DNA from: Gemmatimonadota bacterium
Lineage (GTDB): Bacteria; Gemmatimonadota; Gemmatimonadetes; Palauibacterales; KS3-K002
DNA length: 64,000 nt
NCBI GenBank assembly: GCA_036475815.1
Contig: JAZGAL010000070.1
Location: 11,470-75,469, forward strand
Reading direction: 5' to 3'
The first letter of the stretch is position 1. The number at the start of each line of letters is the position of its first letter. The notes beneath the pieces are model-generated. The model did not search any database. It had not been told where the DNA came from and saw only the letters and a program-made list of their open reading frames with translations. Shown piece after piece: positions 8,565-16,707 of this stretch. The position numbers and the translations under genes are program-made.

Positions 8565-10310
8565 ATGGAACTATTCGAGAAGATCGTAGACACCCTGTCC
8601 GAGTACATCTGGGACAAGGGGATCCCTTTCCAGGGCGAGGAGATCCCTTGGGTCATCGTCGCACTTCTCGGTACAGGGGTCTTCCTCACGATCCGGCTCG
8701 GATTCCTGCAGCTCCGCAAGTTGGGGCACGGCTTCGCGGTCACGTCGGGGATCTACGATGACCCGACCGAGCCGGGCGACGTCTCACACTTCCAGGCTCT
8801 TACCACGGCGCTCTCGGCGACGGTGGGCATCGGCAACATCGCCGGCGTCGCCCTCGCCATCCACTGGGGTGGCCCGGGCGCGCTGTTCTGGATGTGGGTG
8901 ACCGCCGGGCTGGGGATGGCCACCAAGTACTCGGAAGTCACCCTCGCTCAGCATTACCGTCAGGTCGAGAAGGTGGATCTCGATCCGCACAAGTGGGAAG
9001 GGAGCGTCTCCGGCGGCCCCATGTACTACATCGAGCGGGGTCTGGGCCCGAAGTGGAAACCCCTGGCCGTGTTCTTCGCCCTGATGCTGGGCACCACCGC
9101 GTTTCTCACCGGCAACGCCATCCAGGCGAACACCGTCGCCGACACGGTCAGCACCCAGTTCGGCGTGCCCGTGTGGATCACCGGTCTGGTGACAGCGAGC
9201 ATCGTGGCACTGGTCATCATCGGCGGCATCAAGCGCATCGGGAAGGTGACCGGCATCCTCGCGCCGGTCATGGCTGCGATCTATGCTACCGGGGCGTTGA
9301 CGATCATCGCGCTCAACTACGACAAGTTGATCCCCGCTTTCGGGCTCATCTTCCGCGAGGCGTTCAATCCGACGGCGAGCATAGCGGGCGCGGGGATGGG
9401 CGCGTTCCTGCTCACGATGATCTGGGGCGTGAAGCGCGGGCTCTTCTCCAACGAGGCGGGCCAGGGCTCCGCGCCCATCGCTCACGCGGCTGCGAAGACC
9501 GATGAGCCCGTGTCCGAGGGCGTGGTCGCGCTCGTCGAGCCCTTTATCGACACCATCGTCATCTGCACCATGACCGGTCTGGTGATCATCCTCACCGGCG
9601 TTTGGGACGCGCGGATTCCCACCCAGCTCACTCTGGAGAAGGGTGACATCTCGTATGTGGTGGAGGAGACGAGCGGGCGCTTCGCGGAGATAAAGGCGCC
9701 GGCGGAGATCCGCGTCGAGGGAGGTCGCTACGTCGAGATGGGCGCTACGGCGGCCCGCGTCGCCTGGCACGAGGTCCCGGTCGAGACACTCTACGTCGAT
9801 GAAGAACGGACGCAGCCGTTCACCGGCATCGTTTATACTGATCGCCAGATCGCAGTGGCAGAGGACGGCGTGACCTATAGCTCGCTCCACGGTCACGCGG
9901 TCGAGAGCGGTGCGCCGCTGACGATGATCGCTTTCCAGCGTGGGCTTCCCGGTGACTTCGGCCTCTATATCGTGGTCCTCAGCGTGTTCCTGTTCGCGAT
10001 CTCAACCGCCATCGCATGGAGCTATTACGGCGATCGCTGCGCCAACTATCTGTTCGGGACGAAGATGATCCTCCCCTATAAGATCGTGTTCGTGCTCATG
10101 CATTTCGTGGGCTCGGTGCTGTCGCTGTCGGTGGTGTGGACACTCGGTGACGTGTTCCTGGGGATAGTCATCCTCCCGAACCTGCTGGCGCTGCTCCTCC
10201 TTTCGCCGAAGGTCTACGAGCTGACAAAGAGCTACTTCGAGCGCAAGCCGTGGATCGAGAACCGCGAGGCGCACCGCCGCCTCAAGCAGGAGCAGAGGTA
10301 TCGACGCTGA
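8565..10310 (+). CDS. Alanine/glycine:cation symporter (AGCS family) with an extra soluble insertion
   Basis: FQALTTALSATVGIGNIAGVALAIHWGGPGALFWMW is the AGCS signature. 581 aa, which I recall as longer than typical family members. Confidence 0.9.
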   Translation: MELFEKIVDTLSEYIWDKGIPFQGEEIPWVIVALLGTGVFLTIRLGFLQLRKLGHGFAVTSGIYDDPTEPGDVSHFQALTTALSATVGIGNIAGVALAIHWGGPGALFWMWVTAGLGMATKYSEVTLAQHYRQVEKVDLDPHKWEGSVSGGPMYYIERGLGPKWKPLAVFFALMLGTTAFLTGNAIQANTVADTVSTQFGVPVWITGLVTASIVALVIIGGIKRIGKVTGILAPVMAAIYATGALTIIALNYDKLIPAFGLIFREAFNPTASIAGAGMGAFLLTMIWGVKRGLFSNEAGQGSAPIAHAAAKTDEPVSEGVVALVEPFIDTIVICTMTGLVIILTGVWDARIPTQLTLEKGDISYVVEETSGRFAEIKAPAEIRVEGGRYVEMGATAARVAWHEVPVETLYVDEERTQPFTGIVYTDRQIAVAEDGVTYSSLHGHAVESGAPLTMIAFQRGLPGDFGLYIVVLSVFLFAISTAIAWSYYGDRCANYLFGTKMILPYKIVFVLMHFVGSVLSLSVVWTLGDVFLGIVILPNLLALLLLSPKVYELTKSYFERKPWIENREAHRRLKQEQRYRR

Positions 10311-10366
10311 AGCCCGCCTGGTAATCGGATGTCGGGTGCGGGATACGCATCATCGATAAGCCGGCA

Positions 10367-11386
10367 GTGGACCTGACACCAGCGGACCGTTCCGAGCGAT
10401 CTCGTCGAATCGCCCTGAGGCTCGAGGACGCCGGGTCGATCGCCATCGCCACCCATCTTGGCGGTGACGGCGATGGCTGGGGCTCCGCCTGCGCCATCGC
10501 GCACCACTTCGGCTCTGCCGGCGCCGATGTGCGGCTGCTGGCGGCCAGCCCGTTCCCGCCGGGCTTCCGCTTCCTGCTGCCCCAGGGGGTCGAGCCGCTG
10601 GGCCCGGATGAAGCCGGCATAGAGGCGCTTCGTAGCGCCGATCTGCAGCTTGTCGTGGACGCTTCGGAGCCCGGCCGCCTGGGCGAGTTCGCGGCGCACT
10701 ACCGGCCCGAGCGGACCGTCGTGATCGACCACCATGCCGTGGCCAACACCGAAATCGAGGCGGCCCTCTCGATCATCGACCCCGCCGCCGCGGCCACTGC
10801 CGAGCTGGTCTATGATGTACTGGTCCAGACGGGCGAGCCCATCGGCCCGGAAACCGCGCGGGCGCTCTACGTCGGCCTGGTGACTGACACGGGATCTTTC
10901 CGCTACTCGAACACCACACCGCACACGCATCGGCTGGCGGCGACGCTCATCGAGGCCGGTGCCGACCCGGGGGCGCTCTACCGGCCGCTGTTCGCGAACC
11001 TAACGCCTCGAGAGCTGGGCGTCCTTCGCGCGACACTGGACGGGATGGAGCGGGACGAGGAGCTGGGCATCACCTGGGCCGTACTCGACGCGGGCGTGAA
11101 CCGGCGGCTGGGGCCGTTGGACGAGTACGAAGGGGTCATCGATCAGCTGCGCAACCAGGAAGGAACCGAAGTGGCCATCCTGTTTCGCGAGCTGGAGGAC
11201 GGGGAAGTGAAGATCTCGTTCCGGTCCTCCGGTGCCGCGAATGTGGCCGCTCTCGCGCGATCCTTTGGCGGCGGCGGACACGAGAAGGCGGCGGGTGCCA
11301 CGGTGGCCGGGGACCTGGCCACGGTCACGACAGAGGTGTTGGAGGCCTGCCGGACGGCGCTGGCGGGACATGACCCTCGCACTTGA
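10367..11386 (+). CDS. nrnA: DHH/DHHA1 bifunctional oligoribonuclease / pAp phosphatase-like protein (NrnA-like paralogue 2)
   Basis: IATHLGGDGDGWGS (motif I/II), VVIDHH, DTGSFRYSNT and GGGGHEKAAGA (DHHA1); GTG start. Confidence 0.8.
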   Translation: MDLTPADRSERSRRIALRLEDAGSIAIATHLGGDGDGWGSACAIAHHFGSAGADVRLLAASPFPPGFRFLLPQGVEPLGPDEAGIEALRSADLQLVVDASEPGRLGEFAAHYRPERTVVIDHHAVANTEIEAALSIIDPAAAATAELVYDVLVQTGEPIGPETARALYVGLVTDTGSFRYSNTTPHTHRLAATLIEAGADPGALYRPLFANLTPRELGVLRATLDGMERDEELGITWAVLDAGVNRRLGPLDEYEGVIDQLRNQEGTEVAILFRELEDGEVKISFRSSGAANVAALARSFGGGGHEKAAGATVAGDLATVTTEVLEACRTALAGHDPRT

Positions 11387-11464
11387 GGGGAAGCCCCAGG
11401 GGTCGTATCTTATTGTAGTCAGCCGTACAACAGCCTGTGACGCTTGGGACTTGGGAGGTGGAGG

Positions 11465-12088
11465 GTGGTGAACAGGCGCAAGAAAAGTGGACGCGAAAAT
11501 GGTTCAAGGCGTCGGATGCTTGTGAACGGGATGACCCGGTCCGCGAGATCGGACGGGGTTCTTTCGCTCGAGCTTCGACTCCAGGCCATCGCCGACAACA
11601 TACCTACTTCGCTCATCGATGAGCTGTGGGTGTTCCCACCGCTCCCCAACCGCGATCTGGCCTGTGAGTTCCTGGTTCTGGTCTGCTACGACGGTGGCCC
11701 GCAACGCCGCCGCATCTTGACGGCGCATGTGGACACACAGCGCTCGGATCCGGAGAGCGATGACTTCGAGTGGGTGCAGAGGCTGAGGGAGCACGGCACG
11801 GCGCCTCAGGACTGGGTCGCGGGAATGCCCGACCGACTTCTCCAGCGGCTTTCCGAGGCGGGGGTGCCCGAGGTCATCGAAGTCGGTGGGCGTTTGGAGA
11901 CCTGGGAAGAGGCTGTTCGGCGCTTCGCGAACGGGAGCGGAAACGGCAAAGGCAAAGGGGAGCCGGCTGTGAGTGGCCCGGCGCGAGTTGACAGCAGCCT
12001 CTCGCCAGTAATAGCTTTTAGTACTATCAATGAAACGGAACTCTCGACAGCCGTTTCAGACAACGGGGCGTACACTGAATCGGAATAG
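11465..12088 (+). CDS. Hypothetical protein (~200 aa), ends 8 nt before fur
   Basis: ORF 11444-12088 with good codon bias. GTG at 11465/11468 follows a GGGAGG Shine-Dalgarno; ATG at 11516 is an alternative. No recognised motif. The last ~35 codons are unusually AT-rich. Confidence 0.5.
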   Translation: MVNRRKKSGRENGSRRRMLVNGMTRSARSDGVLSLELRLQAIADNIPTSLIDELWVFPPLPNRDLACEFLVLVCYDGGPQRRRILTAHVDTQRSDPESDDFEWVQRLREHGTAPQDWVAGMPDRLLQRLSEAGVPEVIEVGGRLETWEEAVRRFANGSGNGKGKGEPAVSGPARVDSSLSPVIAFSTINETELSTAVSDNGAYTESE

Positions 12089-12096
12089 TTAGGGCC

Positions 12097-12534
12097 ATGT
12101 TTCTCGCTTCGGAAAGCAGCAAAGCAGAACGGCTGAAGACGGCGCTGGAAGCGTCCGGTCATCGGCACACCGCTCAGCGGGCGGCGATCTATCGCTACCT
12201 GAAGGGCGTCACGACGCATCCCACCGCCGACGAGATCTTCACCCAGGTGCGGGAAGTTCTCCCCGAGATCAGCCTGGCGACGGTGTACAAGGCGCTGGAG
12301 GCGTTCGTGGAGGCTGGGGTCGCCCGCAAGCTGGCGCTGGGCGGCGGGCCGGCGCGCTACGACGGCCGCACCGACGATCACGATCACATTCGGTGTCTGA
12401 AGTGCGGTACGGTTCGTGACGTCGTGGGGAGCCACGACTCAGACATGATCCAAGGGCTTCGCAGCGACGATGGATTCGAGATCCTCGATTATCGCCTGGA
12501 GCTCATCGGTTATTGTCCGGACTGCCGGAACTAG
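12097..12534 (+). CDS. fur: Fur-family transcriptional regulator (Fur/PerR/Zur class not resolvable)
   Basis: TAQRAAIYRYL...HPTADEIF...ISLATVYKALE wHTH, HDHIRCLKCG and CPDC zinc motifs. Confidence 0.85.
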   Translation: MFLASESSKAERLKTALEASGHRHTAQRAAIYRYLKGVTTHPTADEIFTQVREVLPEISLATVYKALEAFVEAGVARKLALGGGPARYDGRTDDHDHIRCLKCGTVRDVVGSHDSDMIQGLRSDDGFEILDYRLELIGYCPDCRN

Positions 12535-12633
12535 CTTTTTGTATCCCTCCCGGGCGGTGCTCGGGCTTGGTCGTCTTATTTGTGCGCGGCACCTGGATGC
12601 GCAGGGCCGCGCCTTTTCTATGAGGGTTAACCG

Positions 12634-13194
12634 GTGCGGGGCTCCGTCGCGTTTGTTCCCACGAAGATCTTCCTCACCCGGGGAGTGGGTGTTCATCGCG
12701 AACGCCTCTCCGCCTTCGAGATGGCGCTGCGTGACGCATGTATCGCCAGGTACAACCTGGTAAACGTCTCGTCGATCTTCCCGCCGCATTGCGAGCTGAT
12801 CGATCGGCAAGAAGGGCTCGAGCAGCTGACGCCGGGGCAGATCACTTTCGCCGTGATGTCGAGGCTCGATACCAACGAGCCGAGCCGGCTCGTCGCTGCC
12901 AGCATCGGTGTGGCCATCCCCAAGGACGCCCAACAGTTCGGCTACCTGTCCGAACACCACGCCTACGGCCAGAACGAGCGGACGGCCGGTGACTACGCCG
13001 AAGATCTGGCCGCCACCATGCTGGCGACGATTCTCGGGGTGCCCTTCGATGCCGACGAGGCATGGAACGAGCGCCGCATGCAGTGGGAGCTATCGGGCAA
13101 GATCGTGAAGACGACGAACGTGACGCAGACCGCCGAGGGAACCGAAGACGGCAAGTGGGTGAGCGTGATCACCGCCGCCGTACTCCTGCCCTGA
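12634..13194 (+). CDS. pdaD: Pyruvoyl-dependent arginine decarboxylase
   Basis: [11 protein letters not shown]...[12 protein letters not shown] (self-cleavage Ser-Ser motif), ~186 aa as in the PdaD family. Confidence 0.85.
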   Translation: MRGSVAFVPTKIFLTRGVGVHRERLSAFEMALRDACIARYNLVNVSSIFPPHCELIDRQEGLEQLTPGQITFAVMSRLDTNEPSRLVAASIGVAIPKDAQQFGYLSEHHAYGQNERTAGDYAEDLAATMLATILGVPFDADEAWNERRMQWELSGKIVKTTNVTQTAEGTEDGKWVSVITAAVLLP

Positions 13195-13201
13195 ACCGAT
13201 C

Positions 13202-14098
13202 ATGTCCGACTTTTCCTGGGAAGACCCATACAACTTCCTCGGGCTGGGGGAAGAGTGGGCGGCGCTGGACCGCGCGCGTGTCGCCCTGCTGCCGGTGCCC
13301 TACGAGGCGACGACCTCCTACATGGGGGGCGCGCGCCACGGCCCCGAGGCGATCCTCGCCGCGTCCCGGCATGTGGAGCTCTACGACCACGAGCTGGATT
13401 GCGAGCCGTACCGCGCAGGCATCCACACCTATGCGACGGTGGATCTTACCGCCGGCGGACCCGAGGCGGCGCTTCAACAGCTGCGCGACACCTACTCGGA
13501 GGCCGCCGAGCGCGGCCAGTTCGTGATCGTACTCGGCGGCGAGCACACGATCACCCAGGTGCCGGTCCTGTATTGGGCGGATCGCCTGGATGACGATCTC
13601 AGCGTCCTCCAGTTCGATGCCCATGCCGACCTGCGCGACAGCTTCCACGGAACCCGGTGGAGCCATGCCTGCGTTATGCGAAGGGTGGTAGAGCGGGTGA
13701 AGCCTGTCGGCGTGGGTGTCCGGGCTATCGACGTGGTGGAGCGCAGGCTCATCGGCGAGCTGGGTCTCAGCATGGTCTACGGTGAGGAGCTGGGGCGCGA
13801 GGGTTGGGTGGATCGCGCGCTGGGTGCGTTGTCTTCCGAGAACGTATACATCAGTTTCGACGTCGATTTCTTCGACCCGGCCTTCGTCCCATCGACCGGA
13901 ACGCCGGAACCCGGCGGCGGCACGTGGGAGCAGGCGATGAGTTTGCTGCGCCGCGTCTTCGCCGAGAAGAACGTGGTGGCCGCCGATGTGGTGGAGCTGG
14001 CACCGATCCCGGGCCTTGTAGCGCCGGATTTCCTGGTAGCGAAGCTGGTGTATAAGATGATCGGGTACTGGGGGGGAAGGGGGAGGAGTGAGGAGTGA
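13202..14098 (+). CDS. speB: Agmatinase (ureohydrolase family)
   Basis: GGEHTIT, QFDAHADLRD and SFDVDFFDP Mn-binding motifs. Confidence 0.9.
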   Translation: MSDFSWEDPYNFLGLGEEWAALDRARVALLPVPYEATTSYMGGARHGPEAILAASRHVELYDHELDCEPYRAGIHTYATVDLTAGGPEAALQQLRDTYSEAAERGQFVIVLGGEHTITQVPVLYWADRLDDDLSVLQFDAHADLRDSFHGTRWSHACVMRRVVERVKPVGVGVRAIDVVERRLIGELGLSMVYGEELGREGWVDRALGALSSENVYISFDVDFFDPAFVPSTGTPEPGGGTWEQAMSLLRRVFAEKNVVAADVVELAPIPGLVAPDFLVAKLVYKMIGYWGGRGRSEE

Positions 14099-14148
14099 GG
14101 AGTGAGAAGTAAGAAGTAAGAAGTAATCGGTGGTGAGTTGTCGGGAGT
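14083..14148. repeat. Heptanucleotide tandem array: (GAGGAGT)x3, GAGAAGT, (AAGAAGT)x2, then degenerate copies
   Basis: Read directly. The first copies encode the last residues and the stop of speB (TGA 14096-14098). Six clean copies at 14083-14124, then decayed units. Confidence 0.9.
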
Positions 14149-14164
14149 AGCGTGCCACCCGTTA

Positions 14165-14192
14165 CTGAACACTGAACACTGAACACTGAGCG
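14165..14192. repeat. Heptanucleotide tandem repeat (CTGAACA)x3 + CTGAGCG, ending 3 nt before the ccdA ATG
   Basis: Read directly: ctgaacactgaacactgaacactgagcg. Confidence 0.95.
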
Positions 14193-14195
14193 TAT

Positions 14196-14936
14196 ATGGA
14201 AAACGGCGCCTCAATCGGAATCTTCGTGGCATTCGCAGCCGGGCTGCTGTCGTTCCTCAGTCCCTGTGTCCTGCCGTTGGTGCCCTCCTACGTCTCGTTC
14301 ATCACGGGACTGGGTATGGAGGAACTGGAGCAGGGCGGCGAGGATGTGAAGCGGGTCACTCTCATCCATTCGCTGCTGTTCGTGGCGGGCTTCACACTCA
14401 TATTCCTGTTGCTGGGCGCCTCGGCGACATACATCGGGCAGTTGCTACGCGCCTATCAGGAAATCATCGCGCGTGTCGGTGGTGTCGTCATCATGTTGTT
14501 TGGCGTCCTCCTGCTCGGCATCATTCCGATCCCGGCGCTGAGCCGCGAGAAGCGCTACCAGTTTCAGAACAAGCCGGTCGGCTATGCGGGGACGATGGCG
14601 GTCGGTATGGCGTTCGGAGCGGGTTGGGTGCCCTGCATCGGACCGATTCTCGGCGCGATCCTCACGCTGGCGGCCACGCGCGCCAATGTGGCTGAAGGCG
14701 TAGCGCTGCTCGGCGTCTACTCCGCCGGACTGGCGATCCCCTTCGTCCTCAGCGCTGTAGCGCTCACGTTTTTCCTGTCCTGGTTTCAGAAGTTCCGGCG
14801 CTACCTTCGCTACGTGGAGTGGGTGGCCGGCATCCTTCTGATTCTGGTAGGTCTGCTGCTGGCGACCGGCAAGTTCACACTGCTGGCGGGTTGGCTGGTG
14901 CAGTTCACGCCCGACTTCCTGATGGAGCGGATCTAG
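14196..14936 (+). CDS. ccdA: Cytochrome c biogenesis / thiol-disulfide electron transporter CcdA (DsbD family)
   Basis: Polytopic membrane protein with SFLSPCVLPLVPSYV and GWVPCIGPILG cysteine motifs. Confidence 0.85.
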   Translation: MENGASIGIFVAFAAGLLSFLSPCVLPLVPSYVSFITGLGMEELEQGGEDVKRVTLIHSLLFVAGFTLIFLLLGASATYIGQLLRAYQEIIARVGGVVIMLFGVLLLGIIPIPALSREKRYQFQNKPVGYAGTMAVGMAFGAGWVPCIGPILGAILTLAATRANVAEGVALLGVYSAGLAIPFVLSAVALTFFLSWFQKFRRYLRYVEWVAGILLILVGLLLATGKFTLLAGWLVQFTPDFLMERI

Positions 14937-14945
14937 AGTCCAGGC

Positions 14946-16706
14946 TCACGCTACGCCGCGATCGCCCTGCAGGCTCTCTTCCAGCAGCTGCCGCCGCAGC
15001 AGCCTGGCATAAGTGCCGCCAGCGGCCAGCAGCTCGGAGTGTACCCCACGCTCGACGATCTCGCCGTCGTCGATGACCAGGATCAGGTCGGCGTCCTTCA
15101 CCGCGGTCACGCGGTGCGAGACGATGAGGCTGGTGTGCTGCCTGAGCACGTCCTGCAGCCCGGCGAGTATCCGCATCTCCGTGTGTGTGTCCACGGATGA
15201 CAGTGCGTCGTCTAGAATCAGGACCGGAGAGTCCCGGGTGAGCGCTCGGGCGAGCGTCGCGCGCTGTCTTTGACCGCCCGACAGGTTGATTCCGCGTTCG
15301 CCGAGCTGTGTGTCGTAGCCCTGGGGGAAGTCGCGGATCGTGTCGGCCAGCTGGGCGACCTTGGCGGCCTTCTCCACGCGCGCTTCGTCGTATCCGTCCT
15401 GCAAGCCGAAGGCGATGTTGGCGCCCAGCGTCTCGGAGAACAGGAATGGCTCCTGCGGTACCATAGAGATCAGGCCGCGCAGCTGCTCCAGCGGAATCTG
15501 CTTCAGCGGGACGCCGTCCAGCAGGATCTCGCCTTCGTCCGGGTCGTAGAGCCGCGGTATGAGGCGAACGATGGAGCTCTTACCGGAACCGGTGGGCCCG
15601 ACGATGGCGATGGTCTGGCCGGGCTGTATGATGAAGGAGATGTCGCGGAGCACCAGCCGCTCGGTGCTGGGGTAGCGGAAGGAGACGTTGCGGAATTCGA
15701 TGGCGCCAAGCGGCGTCGCGATTTCCACGGGTCGCTCGGCGTCCGTAATCGACGGTGCCTCCGCCATGATCTCCTGGATTCTGCCCATTGATGCGGCGCC
15801 GCGCTGGAACAGGTTGATCACCCAGCCGAGCGCGATCATCGGCCAGATGAGCTGGAGCAGGTAGAAAGCGAAGGCGACGAAGTCGCCGATGGTGATCCGG
15901 CCCATGATCACGTCGCGGCCTCCGACTCCCAGCACGATCACCGCGCCCAGGCCGGTGAGCAGCATGAGCGCCGGGTGGAAGAGCCCCCACACTTTGGCGA
16001 GCCGTAGGTTGTGGGTCATGTATTCGCGGCTCAGCTCGGTGAACGCGCGGGCCTGTGCGTCTTCCTGGACGTACGCCCTGACGATGCGGGCGCCGGCCAG
16101 GTTCTCCTGCGCCATGGTCGAGATGCGGCCGAACTGTGCCTGGATCGCCTCGAAGCGCCGGTGTATCTCGCGGCCGAAGTAGAGGACGACGGGCGGCACC
16201 ATGAGCAGCGGCAAAATGGCGAGGATCGTCAGCCGCGGGTCGATCAGGATCAGCATCGTCAGCGCGATGATCGAGACCGCCGCGGTGTTGACGAGGTACA
16301 TGATCGCGGGGCCGATCACCATGCGAACGGCAGGGATATCGTTCGTGGCCCGGCTCATCAACTCGCCGGTGGGAACACGCTGGTAGAAGTCGGGCGCCAA
16401 TCGCAGCAGGTGCGCGAAGTAGTCGTCGCGCAGATCGTTCTCCACCCGGCGGCTCATGCCGTTCATCAGTTCCCGCATCAGGTACCTGCCGATGCCGCCG
16501 AGCAGCGAGAAGCCGACGATCGCACCGGCATAGGTAGCCAGGCGGCCGGGCGTGGTGCCGTTTTCGAGCGCGTCGATGCCCAGCTTCAGAAGGTAGGGCC
16601 AGGCGAGCGCGAAAACGTTGCTGAACACCACCAGGCCGAGCCCGGCGGCGATTCGCCTCCGGTAACGGCGCGCGTAGGGAAGTAGCGGAGCGAGCTTCTT
16701 CAGCAC
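14946..16706 (-). CDS. ABC exporter, fused permease/ATPase (MsbA/multidrug-type half transporter)
   Basis: N-terminal 6-TM domain, Walker A GPTGSGKSS, signature LSGGQRQR, Walker B LILDDALS; GTG start 1 nt after the ggt stop. Confidence 0.9.
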   Translation of the reverse strand: MLKKLAPLLPYARRYRRRIAAGLGLVVFSNVFALAWPYLLKLGIDALENGTTPGRLATYAGAIVGFSLLGGIGRYLMRELMNGMSRRVENDLRDDYFAHLLRLAPDFYQRVPTGELMSRATNDIPAVRMVIGPAIMYLVNTAAVSIIALTMLILIDPRLTILAILPLLMVPPVVLYFGREIHRRFEAIQAQFGRISTMAQENLAGARIVRAYVQEDAQARAFTELSREYMTHNLRLAKVWGLFHPALMLLTGLGAVIVLGVGGRDVIMGRITIGDFVAFAFYLLQLIWPMIALGWVINLFQRGAASMGRIQEIMAEAPSITDAERPVEIATPLGAIEFRNVSFRYPSTERLVLRDISFIIQPGQTIAIVGPTGSGKSSIVRLIPRLYDPDEGEILLDGVPLKQIPLEQLRGLISMVPQEPFLFSETLGANIAFGLQDGYDEARVEKAAKVAQLADTIRDFPQGYDTQLGERGINLSGGQRQRATLARALTRDSPVLILDDALSSVDTHTEMRILAGLQDVLRQHTSLIVSHRVTAVKDADLILVIDDGEIVERGVHSELLAAGGTYARLLRRQLLEESLQGDRGVA

Positions 16707-16707
16707 G

